A DNA stretch of 64,000 bases from Octopus bimaculoides (lineage: Eukaryota). The stretch is taken from positions 131,723,798 to 131,787,797 of the forward strand of contig NC_068984.1 of assembly GCF_001194135.2 (NCBI RefSeq). Direction: 5' to 3'. Both the position numbers and the translations under genes were made by a program. Positions 24,271 through 36,759 of the stretch are shown here, piece by piece. Each line of letters starts with the position of its first letter. Position 1 is the stretch's first letter. A model generated the notes under the pieces. It had not been told where the DNA came from. It searched no databases and worked only from the letters and a program-made list of their open reading frames with translations.

Positions 24271-25982
24271 ACGCCGCTACAAGTGTAGGTACATGTGCAC
24301 CACGAGAAGTCATCATCGCTATAATAATTGTTGGCCGAGGAAGATAGAATAATATCAACTGCATACTTTATACACGCTCGGTAAACTCCCTGTTTTCAGT
24401 GTAACTTTTATTAGGTTTGACTTTACTTTTATCTCTGCAGGTTATATATAATAAATACCTTAATATTGTGAAGTTGGTTTAATTAACTTTACTCTTTGCA
24501 ATTGTACGTGACTGAAAGAAATAATTATTACTATTCTTATTCGAGTAGTGGAAATTTTTACTTTTTCATTACTTTTTACAGTTAAGTAAAAACCAACAAA
24601 TTTATACTTTAAATGCAATGTGTGTGTGTGTGTGTGTGTATAAATTATGTATTCAACTAGATAGATGCAAGGCGAAAAATAAATGTAAACAATTTCATTT
24701 CTAGTATTTGATGAGTATTACCTTTGATGAGTATTACCTTTCTCATCGTGTGTGGAGAACCGTGTACCCGTGTATGTATGTTATGTATGTGCGCGCGTGT
24801 ATATATATATAGATGTACGTGTTGTGTGTGTGATTTTTAGGTGGTTTTCTTTTTCTTTTCTTTTTTCTAATTCGGTGTGAAATACCTTAACTAACATAAA
24901 TAATTAGTCATTAAAATATATAGTTCTGGACTATCTATTGTAATGAATAGTCATACCTTCACACAGACTAATTTAATCTTATGATCAGTGTGTTTACAAA
25001 TGTGTTTAGTAGGATCTAGAAAAAGTGACACAAACATTTAGTCAAACAGCTGTTCATTAACTGCAATGTATCAACAGTTGTACGTTCATAGTTTGTTTTT
25101 ACACATTGACCAGCAAACATGACAAATTAAAAAAAAAAAATGTCCTCCACATATATTAGCACTTGATTTTGGAAAGACTGTACACTCCCTCGTTCACCTT
25201 GTTGGCCTAGAATCAGTTTGCACTGCACAGAATTAGCTATGCAATCGTACTGCTCACACATTTTTAACTGTTGATCTCGCCGAACACACTCCTTGCTTTT
25301 AACTGCATTAACAAGCCAATGGCCTACTTTTGCAGGAATTGTTAAAAGTGCACCTGACCTGTCAGTAGCAGTGGTGGAGTGGGCAGGCAGGCAAGCAGGA
25401 TAGCTAGCTGGGGATGGGCTGGATGGTTGGTTGCCTAAATGAATGCAAGCCACCCAGTAAGAGTACAGATAACCGCATAATTAACCATGCAGCAGCAGCA
25501 ACAGTAGCTGTTGCTGCTTGCATGGTTAAAAAGAAATTGCTTTATGTGTGCAGCAACACTACTGTCAACAACAAGTCTATACACAGCAGTAGCAGCAGTT
25601 AGAGTCTCTGCTGCATCATCACAGTTTCTGCCCTGCTCACGGAGGAAGCATATTAACCTGACTGAGCAACTTAACAATGCTTATTCACTTGCCTTCTGCC
25701 CAGCTGCAAACCTTTCATTGCAAAGCAAGGCAATAAGTAGTCCTGATCAACACACTAAGAAAAAAAAAATAATCTCGAATATTTTCATTATCAATCATCT
25801 TTTTCAGTAAATCTCAACTCTGTATTCATGTTCTGTTTCTATTAGTTGAGGGGTAAGTAAACACTTAGCAACAAATTATTAACTTTCTTTCTTGATGTAT
25901 AGTTTCTTGTTTTTTTTTATTGATCTTTAAAAAATGGAATTGATAATGGTTGTATGTGTGTATAAGCGCGTGCGTGTGTATT

Positions 25983-26030
<48 letters not shown>

Positions 26031-28089
26031 AACTTTCTGACTGATTTTGTCACTGAATGTTACTCAGTAAACTCTCTTGTTAGTGTTGTTATCTACTTTT
26101 TTTCCCCTTCCTCCTCTTACTACCTACTCTATTCCTAGCATATCAATAGATTGTTTAAATTTCGCTTGGTCTCTTAGTCCCCGATACTTTTTGTCTGAAT
26201 TCTTTTTCGTTTGTTTCTTCTTCGTTTTTTTCTGTTTATTTTTTTCTTTTTAAACATGTCATGTCTCATACTGACATTCCACTAAAACAGTTATTTGTAG
26301 TCTACTTTGAATATATAGTTCCACTCTGGAAACCAGCCTTACAAATAAAAGCTCGTTTTCTCAGAACTCTCAACTAGGTTGTTGTAATGTGTAAAAGATA
26401 AGTTTTTTTTTAGCCTATATATTTTACTTTATGAGAATAACATCTACGTGTTTCCAGTGAACTGTTTATAAAAAAAAAAAAGAAAAGAAAAAACTGAGTA
26501 GGGCCAGGGTTAGTGTTTTAAGGTGTGGGTATAGATGAAGAATTGGAAATGAAGAAACTGTAACACACATGCACACGTGTCTGCTCTACTTACTTCCTGT
26601 AATTATCTGATGCTGTTACATAACAATTACTAATTTGGGGGTCTCTCTCTCTTTCCCTCCCTCTCTCCTCTCTTTCGTACACCCAATTACTTTCATTCAA
26701 CATCAAAGGAAAAGAGAATCCAAATTATTTTTGCTTCGTTTTTATTTTTGTTTAATCCGTACCTTTCATAAATATTTTGTTTACCTGTTTAGTGCCTAAT
26801 AATTTCAGGTATATTTGTAGTTATAATGTAATTTAACCAGGACTATTTTCTTTGGGCAAAAAAATACTTTTAGATCCACTCACTATAGTTACGTTAATAA
26901 TAACATTTTCAAATATTTATTTAACTAGATTTTTTAAAGATGTATATCGTTTTAATGAAAAGAACCTTCTCTAATTTAAGTATTTAGGAGTGTTATTTAA
27001 TTTACCTCTAAACATGACATGTGGGAGTGTATGAACCAGAAATGTTTTTGTTACAATTTTATTTGACCGGATATTTTCCAAACTTTGCAAATTCAACTTT
27101 TTGCTTGCTAATTATATACTCACTGGTTAAAAATATGCTAATCATTTAATTAGTGCTATATTTTCATGTGTAGTTTTAGTTGTTTTGGGGGAGGGGGGAT
27201 ATGTCACTGTTTTATCTGCACACACACCAAAAACAAAAAAAGGGAAAAAAAAAAAATTTTTAAAAAACAAAACTTTCTCTGTTAAGAAAATTCTGTGCTT
27301 TGTTTACTGGTGGTAGCAAAAAGTGTTCTCAGTTGTCCAGCAGTCAGCTGATCAACTTTCTTATTGCTGTTGGTGGTGGTTGTTGTTATAGCTGATGCTA
27401 CTTGTATCTGAATGCTTCCACATTACATGAAAAGAATTTAGTGATCAACATTTTAACAAATGTTCACACAAGTCTAAATAATATGCTGAAAGAAATTTGA
27501 TATTTAGCAAAAAAAAAAAAATAAATAAATAAATAAGTACATTTGAATTAAGTTGAAGGTTTAATAAACAGAACCAGCTGTTTGTGATGTGTTTGAAATA
27601 AACTGACCTTTTTTCTACACTTAGAAAAAAAAAAAAAAATTCAGTAAATTTTTTTTTACCGTCAGAGTTACTACAATATCTGGAAGCATTATATTGGAAC
27701 GTTTAAAAAAATATACCTTAATCATACAGTAAGTTTTTCTTTAAAAAAATAATTTCTTATATGATTTAGAAACTTTTGATTAAAAAAAAAAAGTAAATAC
27801 ATCTTAAAAGCAGATTCATTGAACTAGTTTTATTTCTGTGCTATTAAAAATGCTATTAACTTGTTTTTTTTATTCCCAATGCAAAAACAAGTTTGAAAAG
27901 AAAATATCATCATATACGAGTAGTGAGAGAGATATAGTAATTTAAAGGCTTCTACACTTGGTTGATAATGTTACCGAGTGGTTACAAATCAGTTTTACAC
28001 ACTCGGCGTAAGTTATTTTAGATAAGGTTTGAAACAAAATTTACTTTTCATACATAGACTATTTCTATACCTACATAAGCAAGCACACT

Positions 28090-28120
<31 letters not shown>

Positions 28121-28480
28121 GCTTCTGACAGTAAAGAAAGGGTTTTTATAATCAACATGAAAATATAAGTACTTTTGTAAAAATCACGAAAAATCGTTGT
28201 TTCATTATTTAGAGTTTTAACAAAAGAGCTATGCACACTCATACACTAGCAGACGAAGTAAATTTTCTGTAAGCTTAGATTGGTTAATTTACTCTCGTAT
28301 ACAGGTTTAGGCACTGTCTTATTTTCATTTCGTATTTGTTTTTCTATATTTGCACGAGGTTAATGCTTTTGCTTCGCTTGATTTATCCATTTCTAAGCTG
28401 CATAAACGATGTGTTTAAGTAGATTGAAAATGTTTCGAAGTGGATGCCCTTCTTGATGTTGTGAGGAGGAGACGAATAAA
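23330..28480. promoter_or_regulatory. CpG-retaining, putatively unmethylated, promoter-like island
   Basis: Roughly 40-45 CpGs in 23340-24400 by manual count, against near absence in stretches such as 41-46 kb. There is a GC-richer block at 25200-25750 and plus-strand GTAAGT donors at 25853, 27729 and 28008. Confidence 0.5.
27666..27728 (+). other. Candidate 63-nt exon (UTR or coding)
   Basis: Acceptor ttttttttaccgtcag and donor ACA|GTAAGT. Phase 0 (SYYNIWKHYIGTFKKIYLNHT) and phase 2 are both open. Confidence 0.45.
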
Positions 28481-31400
28481 ACTGTTGATGGCAACAATTG
28501 TTAATAAAACTGAGCAATGAAGTAATATAAATACAGAGGAGTTACACTAATATTATGCAACAATAGTCTGCAGAACATTAGTAATATCTTAAACTGCTGC
28601 CACATGCAACTGTTAGATGCATGTAGATATATGCAGCTAAATGGTTTCCATCTATTTCTTATTAGTTCTTGAAAACATGACATCTTTTTTTTTTTGTTTT
28701 GTTTTTATGCTTAGTATTAAGTGGGATGGTCTAAAACTAGTATGGACATTTGTATTTTGTTAAAGGGAGTGTTTTTAGAGCCAGATGTTTGCTAAACTAG
28801 AGTGGCTCCTATTTTTCTATGAGCAAGACCAATTTAGCAGAGTGATGTGCCTTCCCTGTAGATCATAACACAACGACTGTTATGAGGCTTGAACTCAAGT
28901 ACGTTTGACCAGTAATGCAACTCCTTACTTTGGAAAAAATAATCCTAAATGCTCAGTTTTTTTTAAGATCTATCCATTGACTTTAAAAAAATTAATTTAT
29001 CAACATTCCTCTATACTTGTCTTGCATTTTATGAAAGTTTAAATTTGAAAATTATTTTGTCATTTCCTGACATAATAATTTCAATGTTGGCACCTGTTCC
29101 TTTTACCGGAGCATGTCTTCTGTTGTCAGCTTCAACCTTTTCCATTATAAAAGTTTTTCCTCACTCAAAAAAACTTTCCATCGCTAATTTTTATGACTTC
29201 CTCGTACAGCAATCCATATCACACACACACACACACATTTTTTTTAATATGGTGTGTTCTCTGGAATAATAGCATGAATCAAGTCTGTGAATGTATCCAG
29301 GTAGTTCATTTACTTGACTAGTTCTCTTAGGAAAGTTATGATGATTATCACAATTCTGTTATCTCTACCCCTTTGATGTCAAAAGGGATGATCACCTGTT
29401 GATGAATATCTTTGCTGATAAATAGTCAAGCAGCTGACTATTATATATCATTGGGCTATTTCTTTCAAAGAAATATGTCTTTTGGTTCCCATGGACTTTT
29501 TTCAACTTGGCTGAGTTTAGTCATTTTCCCAAATTTACATTGCATACTCAGTGGTATGTTTATTCTTCTTCAGTTTTTCTGTCTTCCATGGTTCACTGCC
29601 ATCCACTAATACCACACTTTTCACAAATACATCTCTTAATAATAAAGTAAATCAGTTGTTTTATGGTTTCACTCAACTTAGAAATCATAAAATATGTGAT
29701 AAAGGCACTATATAATAGTTTATTTTCCAAAGCAACTATTCAAGTGTTTTTTTTCTAAAACTTAATCTCTCTTAATTTGAATTATATCTTCAATATACTA
29801 TTATTGAACTTTATCATCAGTTTCTACTATTATATAAAATATCATCTCAGTATTTTTGTATTGTTTTTGTGAATTTAATTCCTGATCTGTTTTGTTAAGT
29901 TCTTCATGACCTACTAAGAAATCTTGTAATATAAGTTAGATTTCAGAACAAAACAGTACCATGTCAACATGTTTCTAGTACAACATTTCATAATTCTTGG
30001 AAAATATATAAGTTCAGGTACTTAGAGGATATCACTCTATTAAATGTTTAATGGGTGGAGTGATTAACAAAACTAAATAACTGCACTGGTCAAGGTATGA
30101 CTGCTGGAAATTTTGGCAAAATGTTATCAATGTAATCCTCAAATTTTGTAAGTTCCAAGCAGTAATCAGTAAAGTTTTTGAAAATATCTTTAGTTTTCAA
30201 AACTAAGAGCAGCTAACAGTGGGGAAGGGTGTCCGTCTATTATCATATTTTGAACAAATATACTTTACGTTAAGTATTTACATGAAACCCAGGGAGCCAA
30301 CTCTTGCTGTAAAATTAAAATATGGCTTTACTGCATGAACAAATTACAAATAATTTATTTAGTATGCACAAAATATTTCTAAAAGATCAAAAAGTTGTTT
30401 AATGTGCATGAAGTGATTTTTACAAATCTGTTTCATCTCACAGGATCTCAGAAAGGGATCTTTCTTCTAGTATCTATTTATTTAGAAGTTGACATACCCC
30501 CCAGTGATAATTAACAAATATAAATCATTCTTTGTATCTGATTATATTCAGAGACAACTCATTAGTTAATGTCATATATATAGCTGTCAACAAAGTCAGT
30601 ATAAAACTTAATTTTTTCTGAAAATAATTTCAAACAGAATACTTTTAAAGTTTCTTCATTAGTTCAGATCTTATATCAACTGAACACTTAGGTCCTACTT
30701 ATTAGTTGGTTTTATAAAATATTAATAATACAGAATATTTTACTCTAAATTATCTTATTTTTATTTATTTAAATCACAAATAAAATAAAGTAAAATAATT
30801 TTTTTTTAATTAAAAAAAAAACCTAACATTTAAGTATTAGTTTTTAAAGAAATTCTATTATATTTTTCTATAAAGTTTTACAGCCATTTTCCTTGTGGTA
30901 GCTTGTTGCACATTTTCTACCATTCAGTTAAACAATGAGTACGGTCCCTATATATTTTCCTTTGATTTGGTTGCTTGTCTTAGGTGTGAAATACTATAAG
31001 TTTTGACTATAAATACTCAACTTTTAACCATACAGTATCGTCTTCTTATCTTTATTAAAGCATAAGTGAATGTCTTATGGCTGAATTAAATACTTAATTA
31101 CAATACTTTATATATACACTCATACAAATTGGTCAACATCAAGTTGTTTATTAAATTCGTTTTATGGCATGCAGTGAAACAACTGCTACTTCAGCAACAG
31201 TCAAACTGTTACTGAAATATTTCATGACCCTAAATACAAAGATGTGCCCCGTTGACATAGTTTTAGAAAACAAAATCTTGAGAACTCTCTGAAATTATAC
31301 AGTCCTAACATTTGTTGTGTAGATGAAAATTATGAGAACATGAGAAATAGGAGGGGTTGTTGTTCCCTTTGTACTTTTTTATTTTTAACCGTTTTACATC

Positions 31401-32505
31401 TATTTTTCCATGCTGTTATAAGTAGATAGTTTTTCTTGGAGCATTTGTTATATCTTATCTGGATACTTTTCTAAATGTTAAATATGTACATTTTGAAATT
31501 ATTTAATATTGACAATTAGCTAATTACCCATTGGAGAACATGATATATCGGTAGAAATGATTATTGACAAACTATTACATGTAAAGGTTGCTAGTTTTAG
31601 TTTCTGCACGGAAGTACATAAAGTTGTTTTGTAGTCATTATAAAACACATAGGGTGTAAGTAGAATAACTGTGATCTACAGAATCATTGCTCCTAGCTGA
31701 ATACTTCGTTGTGTCATTTAATATGCAATGGTTAATTGTATAGAGGCAACACTGCAGGCTGGACATGTACTATCTCTATTGTTCAATCCATTTCTGTAGA
31801 TGCTGGTGTATCCACAACTTAGCAGGTAAGGGGGATTTAGTTAGTGCATGACAGTTGCTGTTCCACTCTACTTATTTTTAGTGGTATGCATCTGGGGTTA
31901 ATGAGGGTATTGATAAGGCTGTTATTTTTATATGCATTTGTGTGTTGTGTTTTTCTGGGCCTGGATAGCAGAGATTTGTGGTGATAGCTAGAACATGTGT
32001 GATACCCTGTGGATCTGACATTTTGGTCCCTGAGGAGAGAGAGATTTTAGCTGTAGAAGATAAAGTTTGTGATTGTTCTCCATGCAGAGGTGTGTAAAAT
32101 AAGTATTTATGACACAAGGAGAAGTGAATTTTGTTGTTTTTAAGTAGAGCCCTTCATTTGTGTCTAATTACTATTTGTTTATAAACTATTGTCTTATTAG
32201 CTATCGTAACTTTCTTAAGGGAGTCTTCTTTCCATATGACTCTGATAACATTTAAAATTCAATAGATTCTACAAGGAACCTTCTTCTTCTCTACATTGGT
32301 GAAGCTAATATTTTGGATTTGTCTACCTATATTGTTGACCATGTATTTGATTACTAGCTTATACATAGATCCCAAGTAGAGATTTCACCTATATATGACT
32401 GCTATGTGATACTCAACCTACTAGAAACAACAGCTAATTCTCTCACAAATTATACTTTACTTTCTTGAATAAGTGACTGCACTATTTAGTCTGTAACAAC
32501 TTTAA

Positions 32506-32719
32506 CCCTTTCGTTACTGTATTTATTTTGAGATGCTTTGTGTTTCTTTCAATTATTTTAAATATAACAAAGAATTTAGTAAAATAGTTTAGTTATCATT
32601 CAGATAGTGTTAGGAACATAAATTGTGACTAAGGTTTGGTGGAAGAATTTAATTCAAAACTTATGAAACATTTGTACTCAGAGCCAGAGCTGGTTTCAGC
32701 CGGGTTGGTAATGAAAGGG
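32506..32719. mobile_element. piggyBac-type MITE
   Basis: TTAA on both sides; TIRs CCCTTTCGTTAC and GTAATGAAAGGG. Confidence 0.85.
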
Positions 32720-34270
32720 TTAAGGTTTGCTTAAACAGGACTGACTTGAGGCTGAACAAAAAAGACATCTGTTACCCTTCAAAAATAAAACAAAATCAGA
32801 GAAATACTCTGAATTTGTATTCATTATATATATTCATTATCTTTTTATACATTATATCAGCTGTTAAATTTTAATTAGGCAAGCAGAAATAAATTAAAAC
32901 AACAAATAGGCATTTGTTGTTCATATTACATCAGTGTGGTAAAATATTTAAATATTTCTACAATTATATGCAGTATCTCTATTTTCAAGTTATATTTTCA
33001 AGCTCAGGTGTGGCTGTGTGATTAAGAAGTTTGCTTACTAACCATGTGGTTTTGGGTTCAGTCCCGTTGCATAGCACCCTTGGCAGTCTTCTACTATAGT
33101 CTTGATCCAGCCAAAGATCATGAGTGGATTTAGTAAGTAGAAACTGAAAGAAATCCTGTTGTGTGTGTGTGTGAGAGACTCTGTCATGACATTGTTTGTT
33201 AGTTGTAAATGAGTCTCACTGTCATACAAGAGGAGACCTGTTTGCAGTCTATGATGAAAACATGTTCAATCAAATAGGGGTTAAGTATTGCTTTGCTTGG
33301 AAACAGGTGAGGCTTGATGACAGGAAAAGCATCCAGCTGTAGAAAATCCACCTCAGTGAATTCTGTCAACCCATGCAAGTGTGGAGAAGTGGATATTGAA
33401 ATGATGATGATATATGTTTAGTTAAGCATATGTATATATGCATGTGCATAATTTTTATGTTTGTTTACATTTACATCAGTCATTGTATTGCAGCCATGCT
33501 GGAGCACTGCCTCGACAGGTTTACTCAAAGACCTCAATCACAGTACTTGTTTTTAAGTCTGGTACTTATTCTGTTGGTCTCTTTTGCCAAACTGCTAAGT
33601 TATGGAGATGTAAACAAACCAACACTAGTTAAGCATATACACACATACACACAACAAACACAACATACACACACATACATTTGTGTATGTATGATGGGCT
33701 TCAACACAGTTTCTGTCTACCGAACTCATTCCCGAGGCATTGGTCAACCCAGGGCTACAGTAAAAGATACTTGCCTATGGTGCTGTGCAGTGTGACTGAA
33801 CCCAAAACTATGTGGTTGCAAGGCAAGCTTTTTAACCACATAGCTATGCATGCCCATCTGTTGATAGCTTTGCATTTATATCTTTTATTCTTGATACTTT
33901 TGCATTTTGTAATATTATAATCATAATTCTGAATTTTAGGATTCTTCCATTTAACTTAGACTTGATGAGTCTGTAAGCAAACACTCCATTCTGATTTTCG
34001 TTTTTTGGTCTGTATAGTTCCTTGCGCTGTGTTCTAAGATACAGGGGAAAAAAAGTTCTAATTCTACTTGTCCAAACTTCAGCAGGGGCTGCACATTGCT
34101 AGTTTGAACTTTCTTGTCTCATCAATAACTTTAGACTATTCTGTTTTGGATTGCTTATATCTGTATCGATTCATTCACTGCAGAACTTTCCACTTTCTTT
34201 TAGGTGTTTTATATGGCTCTTTTCTAATTACTTTTATTTTGATATTTGAATCACTTTGCACTTGATTTGC

Positions 34271-34536
34271 TACATTATTTACATTTGATGGATATTTGTC
34301 CTCATCTTGTTTGTTGTTAACACGACATTTTGGCTGATATACCCTCCAGCCTTCATCAGGTGTCTTGGGGAAATTTTGGACCTGGGTTCTCATTCTTAAG
34401 GTATTTTTCAATGTTGTTGTTATCATTATTATTATTATTCAGGTCACCTGATGAAGGCTGGAGGGTATATCAGCCGAAATGTTGTGTTAACAACAAACAA
34501 GATGAGGACAAATATCCATCAAATGTAAATAATGTA
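34271..34536. mobile_element. Penelope-like element inverted pLTR pair
   Basis: 92-bp arms (34271-34362 and 34445-34536) that are reverse complements with only about 2-3 mismatches, separated by an 82-nt spacer with (ATT)n. Each arm has a hammerhead-like core. Confidence 0.8.
34445..34486 (+). ncRNA. Degenerate minimal type I hammerhead ribozyme (Penelope-type)
   Basis: CAC-CTGATGA-A-GGCTG-GAGGGTATAT-CAGCC-GAAAT-GTT-GTG. Stems I and II can form; the core GAAAC is mutated to GAAAT. Confidence 0.65.
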
Positions 34537-34824
34537 CATAATTCCTCATCTCTTAAATATAGAATTGTACTCGATTTGCTGTTGTTTATTTTCATCCCTT
34601 AATTTAACACTTCAGTCTCATTGCATCCAGTATTGTATGCTTGTTTTTCTAATGATTCTTAGTTCTGATAATACATCCTTCAAGTTCATATTATCCTTGA
34701 AACACAGAAACAAGCTTAATGCATCTATGCACGCATGTATACATACACACACACTCACATCACAACCATTTGTATGCACAGTAAAATTTATCTAAACTCC
34801 TTACCCATAAAGGAGCCTTTACAT

Positions 34825-35167
34825 CAGGAGTTCTCAACCATTTTCTATCTATGGACCCATTTGATTATTTTATTCTGGTGGACCCCCCCCCCCCCCAATA
34901 GCCATTCAATATTTAAAAACTAGTTTTACAGAAACTTCCTTCAAAATTCCTATTTTGTTTCTCACACATTCTCTTGTGTAGGTTGAGCTATGTAAAATGT
35001 TTGAGAAAGAAACCTAACAGGTTCTTGCAATACATACCAATACATCTAAAGCAAAACTTCTTCAGGGGTCCTTAAAATACTATTGTGGGTCCCCATTTAA
35101 CTATTTTATTGTGCGTGTGTATGTGTGTCCCCGGAAATCTTATATGGACCCTGGTTGAGAACCACTG
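34825..35167. mobile_element. hAT-type MITE
   Basis: TIRs CAGGAGTTCTCAACC and GGTTGAGAACCACTG; perfect 8-bp TSD CTTTACAT at 34817-34824 and 35168-35175. Confidence 0.9.
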
Positions 35168-35218
35168 CTTTACATGGTCACTCAAACTGCTAGAAAAAAT
35201 AAGCAGCCAAATTTCCCT

Positions 35219-35433
35219 CAGGTGTGGGCTGTGTGATTAAGAAGCTTGCTTCCCAACCATGTAGTCTTGGGTTCAGTCCCACTGTGTGCTTACCATGGGT
35301 AAGTGTCCTCTACTATATTTCCTGGCCAATCAATGCCTTATGAGTGGATTTGGTAGCTGGAAACTGGGAGAAGCCCACTGTGTGTGTGTGTGCGTGTGTA
35401 TGAGAGAGAGAGAAAGACATACACATATGTATA
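35219..35433 (+). repeat. OR-type SINE with microsatellite, copy 1 of a near-identical local pair
   Basis: Differs from 35918-36130 by about 2 substitutions and 1 dinucleotide unit. Confidence 0.9.
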
Positions 35434-35917
35434 GCTAAAAACGTGAAGGCCACATTGAATTATGTGCTCTTAGATATACTATGTCTCAAAATTCATACAG
35501 GTTGGTCATACCTATAATGCTTTTGATCATTGCTCTGCTTGATTAAGTATGTCCTAGAGCTAAATAACCTTGTATATATGAGGAACACTATATCATTACA
35601 GTCTTTTATGAACTCACCCATGTCATGTTCAGTCATCTCCAAAACATGTTTAACAATTTCAGTATCCAGAAATGCTACAAGAATATCATCTTAAATGTTT
35701 TATCTTCCTTAACTCAATCAAATAAGTATACCTACTCAGCAAAATGCTTGTAACATTCGTTGCTTCACTAAGTTGAAACTCTAAGCTTGGTTACCACTTC
35801 TAATAAATACTGGGGATATTACTTAGCAACTGAGTAGACTTTACCTCTACCACACCTGTGTATGAAATGTTTTATCATATAACAGATCTGACAGCAAAAT
35901 TCAGATTTAACAAGGTG

Positions 35918-36130
35918 CAGGTGTGGGCTGTGTGATTAAGAAGCTTGCTTCCCAACCATGTAGTCTTGGGTTCAGTCCCACTGTGTGCTTACCATGGGTA
36001 AGTGTCCTCTACTATATTTCCTGGCCAATCAATGTCTTATGAGTGGATTTGGTAGCTGGAAACTGGGAGAAACCCACTGTGTGTGTGTGCGTGTGTATGA
36101 GAGAGAGAGAAAGACATACACATATGTATA
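35918..36130 (+). repeat. OR-type SINE with microsatellite, copy 2 of a near-identical local pair
   Basis: Same sequence as 35219-35433, including the same non-consensus positions. Confidence 0.9.
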
Positions 36131-36759
36131 TGTGTGTGTACTCTTTATTTAGAGTTTAAATGAGCAACATCATCATGCAAATGATGTTATTGGTTTCCAG
36201 TTTTCTGTGAAAAGAAAATGTCAGTTCATAGGGAAATATCACCTTTCTTGGAAACAGGTTAGGCATCTGGCCATAGAAAACTGTCTTCACAAATTCTGAC
36301 TGACAGATTCAAGCATAGCAAAGTGGAAGTTAATATATATGTAAAGAAGTGTACTGTATGGTCCCAGATCAAATTAAATGAAAGTATACCTAAGTGATAA
36401 AAATTTGTAGCATCAGTTACTTTTTTTCCATCATCACATTTGTCTTATTTTTGAGTCTATATGAATTACATTTTACTCAATTCATTTTCCTTCTAATTGC
36501 AACTTTCTATAAATCTTCTACTTTTCCATGTATTTTACCAATCTATTAAACTGCAACATTCTATATTAACATTGTGTAACTCTTACTCTGTCACTCCTAC
36601 TTTTTATTCTGTTCCTTATCTTCCTCAAATTAACAAATTAAAAAGTTAATAACTGCATGCTTACCAGGAAACCGGATAGACAATAAGTTACGAATAACTG
36701 TCAAGTATGAATTAATTGACATATACCATTGGTTAGTGATCTCAGGATAAGAGCTAGTA

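Noticed and set aside
25127-25453. 108-aa minus-strand ORF in the GC-richer block
   Set aside because: No recognisable domain; it is partly low-complexity repeat and is better explained as regulatory or UTR sequence.
33003-33080. tRNA gene (also at the other SINE heads)
   Set aside because: Only degenerate A and B boxes, continuing into the SINE body with no cloverleaf.
18016-33980. Plus-strand micro-exons (18016-18029, about 30444-30469, 31800-31825, about 33948-33980)
   Set aside because: Good-looking splice sites, but 14-33 nt long with several open frames and no unique phase-consistent path; RNA-seq is needed.
34068-34602. ORFs with repeated PDEGWRVYQPKC
   Set aside because: They are translations of the Penelope inverted repeat arms, not a protein repeat.
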